A DNA stretch of 46,996 nt from Welwitschia mirabilis (taxonomy: Eukaryota), in NCBI GenBank assembly GCA_051453625.1, contig JBOZIK010000001.1, positions 27,463,781 to 27,510,776 of the forward strand, given 5' to 3'. Under the pieces are notes generated by a model that saw only the letters and a list, made by a program, of their open reading frames with translations, was not told the DNA's origin and did not search any database. Of this stretch, positions 37,235-46,996 are shown in pieces. The position numbers and the translations under genes are program-made. How positions within the stretch are numbered: the stretch's first letter is position 1; the number at the start of each line of letters is the position of its first letter.

Positions 37235-39989
37235 TGTAACATCCACATTTTTCATCCAAAAACTATCAATGTTACTATGATACTAAAATGTAACATCCTC
37301 AACATGTTCCATCAAAACTATGCATTAATCATAAATTATTATGACAAAATAAAAATTTCACTCTAATATTATGCCAAAGTAATAAATAGCCCCATTGTTA
37401 TCCTTTAAAGGTTTATTTAGAATATAGCTTAGAAATATTCCTGTTGAATGCCTCTTAACTTTAATCTAATTCATAGCCCATAAGATTTACTTAATTAAAT
37501 TATTTTAAGCTTTGTATCAAGAGTATAAAAGCTAGAATAATACTATCTTATTACTTTAGCTTATTTATGTGTATATATACATACACACATTAAAATTATG
37601 AACAAAAGTAATGAGCAAGTATATGATTCTTTTAAATAATTTAAAAATAATATAAGTTCATACAATGCTTTCATTTAATTCCATAGTGGTCCAAGATGCA
37701 AATATAAATATCCAACAAGTTACTTATAACCTAAATACAAAGTATATTATAAATAAAAAGACTATAAATTTTATATTTGAAATTTGAAATAAAAAGATCA
37801 TAAGTTAGATTAGGGAATAAATCACTTCAATTAACATTTTTCAAGTACAAGCTAGATAATAAATTTTTTGTTTTCACATGCCCTCTTTGATAAGATAAAT
37901 CAATTTTACCATGCTCCATTCTAAGATTGTTTAACACAAAATAGTATAGAATGAGAATTATGGATCATCACAATCCCTAGTATGGACTAATTAAGGTAAA
38001 GATAAAGCTAAGAAGAATACCAAATACAAGATATATTAATATAAGATGAGAAAAAAGAGTCCAAATATGTAAGATTTAGATTTTCATGGGAATGGAAATG
38101 AGATTAACTAGTTTTATCATATAATTTACACTACCTCATTTAGCAATCTATTACTTTTATTTATCCACTACCTCATTTAATGATTTATGGATCATCATTC
38201 CCATAACCTCATTTGGTGATATATCATTTTATTTTTATTTTTCCACTACCTCATTTTGGAAATTTAGGGATTATCATTTCTACTATCTCATTTAGTGATC
38301 TATGTTTATATCTTTCCATTACCTCATTTTGTAATTTATGGATTATTAATTCCATTACCTTATTTAGTGATCTATGATTTTCATATTCCATTTCCTTATT
38401 TAGTAATATGTGGAACTCTCATTTGCACAATACAATTTGTAGTTTAAAGATATCTTAAGAAAGAAAAATATTTGCTTTCATGAATTTACTTTTCAAGCAT
38501 CAATAATTTTCATAAGAAACAAAATTCATGTAAAGAATAATCTTTGAACATATAGCAGATATCATAGAAAGATTTTAAACTAATATAGATAAGTAAGAAA
38601 TTTTAGAAATTTATATGAATTCCAAGAAAAACATAAGAGTTTGAGAAGTAAATAGGAGTTTCTTTATATTATAAATGGATGAAAGAATATAGGATCATAG
38701 AAATGATAATGAAATCACATTGTTAATGAAAGTAATACCAAAACAATATACAAGATAGAGATATTATAAGAATTATTTAAGATATAGAAGAAAAGAAATA
38801 TATAGTACACAAGAATCAAGAAATTCATAGGACCATATAAGAAATAAAGAGAAATCTAAGATCATACTCATGATTCAATATGAGGTTTTTCAAGGTTCAA
38901 CATTGGTATATCTAAGCTACAAAGACTCAAAATTTTTCAAATCTTCAACATAAAAGGTCTTTAATATTTAAAGATTAGAAGGTATTTTAAAAGAATAAGA
39001 CTAAAGATATCCTATTTATAATGAGATGAAGGAATTCAAAGGGTCTTGAAAATTTTAAGGAAGACATAGAAGTCATTATTATTCTTACAAAATGGTTATG
39101 ATTTCATAACCCCCAACCATTACTTTTCTTAACCACTGGATATATTTAATATTTTTTCATAATAATAATAAATGATCATCATGCTAAAAATTATTTGTAA
39201 TAAATAAATAATAGCTATGAAAAATATGCCTTCATCATTAATGCATCATCTACATAATCCAATGAGTTCTAGGAACTTTCAAAATAAGTATAAAGAAGAT
39301 AAAGAATCACGGGTATTTCCTTAAATAAGCCATCAAAAGGAAAATGCTAAAATTTGAAAAAGATTCCACTACTTGCAATAATTTAAAAAAATAATTAATA
39401 GGAGACATTTAGAAAATGATTTTAACCAAACATCATGACACTAATTGGCTACATATAAATATTTTTTCATAATGAATACATGTTAACCACTAATAAAAGA
39501 AAATGCAACATTATAATTATGGATGTTACTTTATCATGCACTACTAACATAAAATGTTAAAATAAGCCAACATAATACATATTATTAATTATAGTGATTA
39601 CAAAAATATTTGTTATGCATTAAAATAAGAAAATATACTAACCATGATACATTAAATGCAATAATTACAAAAGGAAATAAAATAATATTTATATAATCAG
39701 TAATTTAAGTGTTAAAGAAATTGATTAAATAAACATTAAAATACTACAAAATAATATGATTAATTATAGTGGTTATAATAAAATAAAACATTTAAAATAA
39801 TAATTGCAACATAACAATTTTTAACTAATAAAGTAAAGGATTGCATAGCAAATAATAATATGCTAATAAATAAATAATTTAACAATTAAATTAGCTTAGT
39901 AAATCCCACTAGATAAAAATTATTTTTATTTAGTTCTTATTTAACTATTAGGACTAAATCCTTAGACCTTTAAATATCTGGACATGACA
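37235..39989 (-). repeat. Tekay/Del chromovirus LTR (~2.75 kb), divergent relative of the LTRs at 40191 and 45296
   Basis: Minus-strand termini TGTCATGTCC...GATGTTACA. The reverse complement of 37940-37990 (ccatactagggattgtgatgatccataattctcat) matches 46499-46535. Confidence 0.8.
38129..38415. repeat. Eight-unit 36-37 bp tandem repeat inside the Tekay LTR
   Basis: The core caYtacctcattt starts at 38129, 38166, 38202, 38244, 38281, 38317, 38353 and 38389. Confidence 0.92.
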
Positions 39990-40190
39990 TTGCTCCATCC
40001 CTTAAAAAATTTTATCCTCGAAGCTTAAAAAAGAAATCTTAGGTTTCCACATCTATTTCACATTCCTAAGTAGCTTCTTATTCTATTTGCACTTTATAAA
40101 TTTTAATTTTTCTTTTTTTGATTACAACTTTCTTTTAATCAAAAATTTTAACTGGTTAAACTTCAAATGTGTAATCTAGTTGAACATCCA
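39990..40190 (-). mobile_element. Chromovirus integrase C-terminal chromodomain remnant plus PPT
   Basis: DVQLDYTFEV*PVKIFD*KKVVIKKRKIKIYKVQ..EAT*ECE (~DLTYEEKPVKILDRK...RNK.I..VKVQW....EEATWE.E), followed by ttcgaggataaaattttttaagggatggagcaa|TGTCA. Confidence 0.85.
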
Positions 40191-41655
40191 TATCATGCTT
40201 AGACCTTCAAGATCTAAGATTCTAAGTAATGCTTAATGTTATAAATCCTCAAGCTAATTTAGTTACTACATGTATTTATTTTTCTAATTTCTAGTGGTGT
40301 AATTTCTATTTTAAAAATTTTATACAATAATTCCTCACATTTTATAGTAGTCATAATATTACCATTGTTGAAAATTATTAGTGATTTAATTATGATTCTT
40401 ATGGCTAAATTATTGTAACTATTGCACTTTAGTCTATTTTAACTAGAAAAATAGTTTTTGTGTGGTTTTTAGAAATTATTTATTATTTTAATAATTACAT
40501 GATGACCATTATTATTTATTGTTAAGATATTAATGCACCTAGTGGTCTAGTAAGGAACTTAATAAGGGGGTTATGAAATCCATAACACTTTCATCATCTT
40601 AATCATCCTCCTTTGTGATGATGTCTTTTCATGTTCTTATGTTCTTTTGCATTCCACATTCTTAGCTAGAAATAGAACTTTATTCCCCCTCTTGTTTTGT
40701 ATCTTGAGAAGACTTTACTACTAAATCTTAGAGCTTGGAAAATACTTGGAACCTTAGAGCCTCAGAATCTTTAGAAGTTCTTGAGTCTTCATTTAATTTG
40801 AGTATGGTTTTATGGTCTTCATTTTATTCTTGTATGATTCTTGGTTTTTCTTTTATTTTCTTGCATGGTCCTTATCCTTTTCATCTCAATTAATCTTTAT
40901 GTTTGAATGATTTTAATATTCATGTAATTCTTGTAAGGTTATTCTTGAATATTGATGAAGTTTGCATGATCTGTTTAGACTACATACACCTCATGTCAGT
41001 ATTGTCTTAGCTACCTTATATCACAAGCCTTTCCATTTTGTCTAAGTTTTATTATGATTTGTTGATTTAATCTATTTTAATTATCAATCTTAGCTAATGA
41101 TTTTAAAATAAGGAAATTAAAAGTATCTATGGTAACTAGTTATTTAGACTTTAGGAAGAGATAATCTCTGAACTGAATCCAGAGCCTATGGGACTAAAAA
41201 TTTAGGATGAATAGGAAAAATATTACCAATTTACTATTTATCCTTCTTAGATTGTGTGCAACTAGATTATTGAAATACATTGTAGATTAATAGTAAAAGA
41301 AGTTAAATTAAAAATGAAACCTTGATCTTTCTTGATTATTCTTGTCATTCCTTTCTTACTCTTAGGAACCCTATTCTTAATCATCCCTTACCATGGACGA
41401 TACTAGGAATAGTAATGATTTTATAATTCTCATATCATATTATATGTGCAAGTTTACATACTGGTATAGATTCTGGTCATTAAAAAAGAAGCACTTATTG
41501 TTGATGGCTTGGGACACTTTTGCTTCTTATTTTATGCTTCATGTACTTGTAGTTATAACATGTCAAAGAGTACTATTATTGTAAATATTCTATGAATGTT
41601 ATGTAAACATTAAAACTCTTCTATTATCCTATGAATCTATTTAAACTTTAACTTT
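40191..41655 (+). repeat. Truncated Tekay LTR (family C)
   Basis: Colinear direct repeat of 45296-46755. Begins tatcatg (= TGTCATG with G>A), and the homology ends abruptly after atttaaactttaactt. Confidence 0.92.
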
Positions 41656-44600
41656 GATTTTTTTATGGAATTTTTTTAACCCACAGAAAATAGTAAGAAC
41701 CTCTTCTCGAAATGTGTAAAACAAAATAACAACTTAAATGTAGTTGAACTATTATCATCTTAATGAAGAAATAATAGGGTTTATTTGAGTAATTACCAAG
41801 GGTTTTTTTTTAATGATCTTCACCATATAAGTCCCTTGACTTCTTATTTCTTGACACTCCATTCCTTGGTCTAAAAATGCCCCTCTTATTTATCTTCCCT
41901 ATCTTTCATCATAATCTTTTCTAATGCATCTTCATTTTTTACTATTTCTTCTACCTGGAAAAATTTTTTATTCATACTGATTGGTCTAAGAACCCACTAA
42001 AATGGTTAGATTTGCAAGTGTTTTTTGGCAAATCATAAGGGTTGGAATGAAAGCAATTAAGAGAAGGGAATAGTAAAAGATGATGTTATTCTTGATGTTC
42101 TCTTTTCATTGTTATTCCACTCTTAAAAGATTTTCTTCCTTTTTTATGTAGATTTATCACTCTAGCCACTATCTTCCTTCCTACATGCGTTGGCTGATAA
42201 ATAAGTTCTTAGAGTTATCACCACCCAGCAATCCTTTCTAATGCAAAAGTCTATGTAGCTTTCTTCATCTTAAGTCAAATAACTTATTTGTAACTAAATG
42301 TTCTCTAATTTCTCACTAGGTTAAGGTTATCCAACTAAATCAAAACTGTTAATAAGTATAATAATGTGGGCTACCATCTTAGCTTTTATCATCATGTAAT
42401 CTAAAAACAGAGGTTAGTCAAAAAAATTTATATTCTCCTTCACATTGGAAGTTGCCTACTCTATAAATCCACTAAAACGCCTCCTAAAGAAGTAAGCTAA
42501 GTTGCAAGATTTTCTTTTTTATCTTCATGGCCTATAAACCAATGAGTATTGGATAAGTAAACTCCTCTTTTTATGTTAGAATGTGTCTACTACTTTTTGA
42601 GAATAGACTTCCATCATAGTAAAAATTCTTTATAAGAATTTTTAGAAATCTCTTAGAAAATAATGGAGTCAAAGGATTAAATTTCATATTTCTTTGATTT
42701 TTTGATATTTTAAATTGAAATATAGTGATGTTAGCATAAAAAACATTGAATAAATAGAATGCAAAAAGATTCTATTATGTTAAGGAAATTGGATCTACAT
42801 ATACAATACCCCTATGAAATTCAACATGGATTTTATGAGGGAATGTATCAAAATATTCATTTCATAGATAGAGCACTATAATCATTCTATGAATCTTACA
42901 TAGGATTCCTACATTCCCAATGTTAATAACAATCCTTACTAGAGTTTTCATCTTGTGTATGACATCAGAGTTGGCATTGACATTCTCCTTCATACTTAGG
43001 CTTGCAAAATGCTAATGAATTGAACTATAGATGGTAGATTATCTACAACAAATTCTAATTAAACTTAAATACAAATAATGTAATTAATATAACATCTACT
43101 CATCTAATTTATTGATAACTATTTATAAATAAAAATAATATCAGAAAATTCTTTAGTTGTGTGTCCTCTAGATGCCTACCTATTTGCTACCCTACAATAA
43201 CTATGGCTACTTCCAATGCCTATTTGCAATTGCAATTGCATTCTTTCCTCCATTCTATTCCTCAAAACTTCAATTTTGCATCCATTTCTCTATGTTTTCC
43301 TATTTCTACAAAGAAAGAATTAGCTAGAAACCAATGAATTTAACACTAAAATATTAATCTTTAAGCATGTTGTCTCATGCATTTTTCTCTCAGATTTTAT
43401 ATTACTTGAATTCAATAATACACTATTGTATTTAATAGACATAGTTACTAAAGCCTTGAGTAAACATTTTAGATGATTAAGGCTGCTACTCTATTTCTAT
43501 CAAAATTATAGTGGATGAAGATGAAGATGATAACACTAGAAAACATTTAAAAAGAACTTGAAATTGAAATGGAAAATTTTCAAAAAATAAGAAACTTAAA
43601 CAACTCTTGAAGTGTGTTGAGTATCAATATTTCTTTTTAATTTGTTTTATAAATTAATTTTTACTCAAAAAGGTAATCTTTTATTTTTGAATCTCATGGA
43701 AATTAATAATTTATAACATCCCTTATAATCATTTGCATTGAATCTAACATTGTAGTTCATTCACATCTAAATTCATTTTCTATTTTTAAATGAGCTCCAT
43801 TCTAGTAGGTGAACCTTTCCTCTTAGATCAGGTTTTATTAGTGCAAATGTAATAGAGATAACTTAAATCTATTGAAGAAACCATTTCACTAGTTTAATTC
43901 AAGGTAGAAATCTAATTCTGAGCATTTTATGATTCATACTTTTTGACTATTCATTTCATTTCATGTCCCCTTTATTCTCTGTATCTATAAAATATAACTA
44001 TGAAGGCAAGGAGGGACTACAAAAGAATCTTCTAATTGCTAAACCTTTTAATATCAAAGGTAGTTACTACATGTGACTAATGACATGAAGGTCTTCAAGT
44101 CAAGTTCCTCAGGTACCTTTTCCCCCATCAAGTAATTTGACTTTCTTAGTATACTTCTTTATTTCTCTAAATGTAGTTTGTTTATGATACCTGCATTCAC
44201 AAGTAATGAACTTGTAATATATAAAATTTATAAAGTAAAACTTTAAAAAAATGATGAGTATGCTTATGACATGATGTAATTATTCCTTCTTATACCTTTT
44301 AAAACTTATTATTTTAGGGCTTCGCTTACTTGACTTTTTAGAACTATACCTAGATGTGATTTTTAGAAAATATCAAACTCTAATATATCATTTTCTTGGT
44401 TTGAGGCAATGTATTCTTATTTCTTAAGTAATGTTACCCTGCTAATACTAAAGGCTTAAAGAGAAGACATATAAAATGTCAATATCTTTACTCTTCAATA
44501 TACAAATAGTGTCATTTAAATAATTTGGTCTTCATCTTTAGATAATTTTTCAACTTTTCATATCATATCACCTTGTATTATCATTTGTTTTTTCTAAATA

Positions 44601-45149
44601 ATTAAATGTCTAGTGTTTTTATGAGCTTATCCATTAATTGAGCTACCTTCTTATCATAATGAGATAATAATCATAATATAATTAATAAAAATTAAACTTT
44701 TAATAATATTTGATATACATTAATATGTAGTAAATTTTTGTATCTTATCTTGTATGTATCCAAGCAAGATGCTTATTATGAATATCTTAGTTAGTATCAT
44801 CCCTTTTAGACTTTAGCATTATCTTATCAAAGGTAAACTAAGGCATAGAGGTGATACACTCCATTATCCTACTATTTATATCATTATTGTTATTGTTGAT
44901 CTCTTTTATTGATGTCTAATATCTATCAACCATCTATAGCTACATTCTTAATCAGGAGTGAGAAAGAACCTTGCTCAATTAAGTTGTTAGATTTTGGAAT
45001 AAGGTATTCCAAACATTATGAATGCCATGGAAAGGAAAGAGTCTCTTAATCATAATCATATCCATTGAATAATCGTTAACTATATAAATACTTGTAATAA
45101 AACTACTCTAATTATTTTATTAGATCATGCTCAATAGCCTTGACATTAT

Positions 45150-45295
45150 CAAAGGAAAATAAATTTAACTTTAGTATAATGATCAAGAGAGATAGAAGCA
45201 AAAGCTATTTGGAATATAAAATAGATATATTATAGTGAATAATTAAGCTTTCTTGTTTAAGGTTTAAAGAAAAAACCTCTTAAGGGGTGGAGAAA
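45150..45295 (+). mobile_element. Decayed chromodomain tail and PPT of a Tekay element
   Basis: KINLTLV**SREIEAKAIWN (~IPLVKVQWS.....EATWE), with the PPT taaggggtggagaaa at 45281-45295. Confidence 0.65.
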
Positions 45296-46996
45296 TGTCA
45301 TGTCTAGAATTTTAAGATCCAAGATTCTAAATAATTCTTAATGTTATAGATCCTTAAGCTAGTTTAATTATTGCATGTATTCATTTTCTTGATTTCTAGT
45401 GGTATAATTTTTATTGTGAAAATTTATGCAATGATTACTCACATTTTTTAGTAGTCATAACATTGGCCTTGTTGGAAATTCTTAGTGATTTAATTATGAT
45501 TCTTGTGGTTAAATTATTATAACTATTGAAATTTTATCTATTTTAATTATAAAATAGTTTTTATGTGGTTTTTGAAAATTATTTATTATTATAGTAATTA
45601 CATGATGAGCATTATTATTTATTGTTAAGATATTAATGCATTCAATGACCTGGTATGGAATTGAATAAGGGAGTTATGGAATCCCTACCACTTTTGCCAC
45701 CTTAATCACCCCCCTTTATGATGGTGTCTCTTCATGTTCTTATGTCCTTTTGTATTCCATATTCTCTATAATAAATAAGACCCTCTATACCTCTCATTTT
45801 GTATCTTGAAAAGCCTTTGATACTAAATCTTAAATCTTGGAAAATCCTTCTAACCTTAGAGCCTTGCAATCTTTAATAGTTCATGAGTCTTTGTTTAAAT
45901 TAGATATGGTTTTATGGTCTTTATTTTATTCTTGTATGATTCTTAGTTTTTCTTTTATTTTATTACATGATCCTTATTTTTTTCATCTTGAATATTCTTT
46001 ATTTTTTAAAGACTTTAATATTTGTGTAATTCTTGTAAGTTTATTCTCATGTATCAATGAAGTTTGCATGATCTATTTATACTACATACACCTCATGTTA
46101 GTGTTGTTTTAGGTACCTTGTCTTTCAAGAATTCCCATCTTGTCTAAGTCTTATGACAAATTTTTGATTTTACTTATTTTGGTCATCTATCTTGGTTGAT
46201 GATTTTTAAATAAGAAAACTAAAACTAGTCAAGGTAACTAGTTATTTAGACTTTAGGAAGAGATACTCTTTACAGGTAATTCCAAGGTCATGGGACCAAA
46301 CTTCTAGGATGCATAGGGAAAATATGACTAATTTACCATTTGCCCTCTTGAATTGTGTGCATGTGGATTACCAAAATCTATTATGAAGTAATAGTAAAAG
46401 AAGCTAAATTGAAAATGGTGCCTTAGTCATTCTTGATTATCATTGCTATTCCTTTTTTACTCTTGGGAATCCTATTCTTAACCATCTATTGTCATGAACC
46501 ATACTAGGGATTCTGATGATTTCATAATTCTCATACCATATTATATGTGTAGGTCTAGATACTAGAAAAGATTCTGATCATTAAGATAAAAGTACTTATT
46601 ATTGATGGCTTGGGATATTTTTTCTACTTATTTTATGCTTTACATACTTGCAGTTGTAACATCTGAAAGAGTACTATTATTATAAATTTTTTATGAATGT
46701 TATGTATACATTGAAACTCTCTTATTAGCCTATGAAGCTATTTAAACTTTAACTTATTTTTCATCATGTTATTATCATGTTGTAATTACCTCTTTATAAT
46801 CACATTTGGTATTAGATTAAGATTTTGTTTAAAACATGATAAATTTTTAATTTAATGCATAGTCATTATGAGAAATGTTGAAAACATCTGTTGCGGTGTG
46901 TATTTGTGCAATAGTTCATGTTCAAATTCAATCCTGTTAATTATAATTAAGATGCAAAATACAACACGCTAGTATAGACAGAGTGATCCGAATGTC
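45296..46996 (+). repeat. Tekay 3' LTR (family C), running to the window end
   Basis: TGTCATGTC follows the PPT directly. Direct repeat of 40191-41655. Confidence 0.9.

Noticed and set aside
38129..38415. CRISPR-like repeat-spacer appearance
   Set aside because: The inter-core segments are homologous to each other, the repeats are degenerate, there are no cas genes, and the context is a plant LTR.
43380..43620. Possible hAT transposase C-terminal acidic tail
   Set aside because: Only a low-complexity acidic patch is present, with no dimerisation motif, TIRs or TSD.
1..46996. Fungal RIP as the explanation for the AT richness
   Set aside because: The elements and genes are plant-type (Athila, Sirevirus, Tekay, PERK-like kinase), and CpA/TpG remain abundant while CpG is what is lost.

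Overview
Very AT-rich, strongly CpG-depleted land-plant genomic DNA from a gapped scaffold (8 N-runs). It reads as a graveyard of decayed LTR retrotransposons, and I could not find an intact gene; all alignments and translations were done by eye. 0.6-2.4 kb is a Ty1/copia pol remnant. 3.1-3.6 kb holds the first two exons of a GH1 beta-glucosidase pseudogene. 5.0-30.4 kb is a three-level nest of related non-autonomous Athila-like (Ty3/gypsy, tRNA-Asp PBS) elements: one keeps gag-protease only, and two carry a shared, unrecognised long ORF in place of gag-pol. 30.4-32.8 kb is a Sirevirus LTR, PBS and gag start. 34.2-35.9 kb is a pseudogene in which a PERK/RLK-Pelle-type kinase runs directly into a TPR module. 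37.2-47.0 kb contains Tekay/Del chromovirus LTRs and chromodomain remnants, including a 36-bp tandem array and a doubled PBS. The long ORFs in the supplied track are mostly N-gap artefacts.
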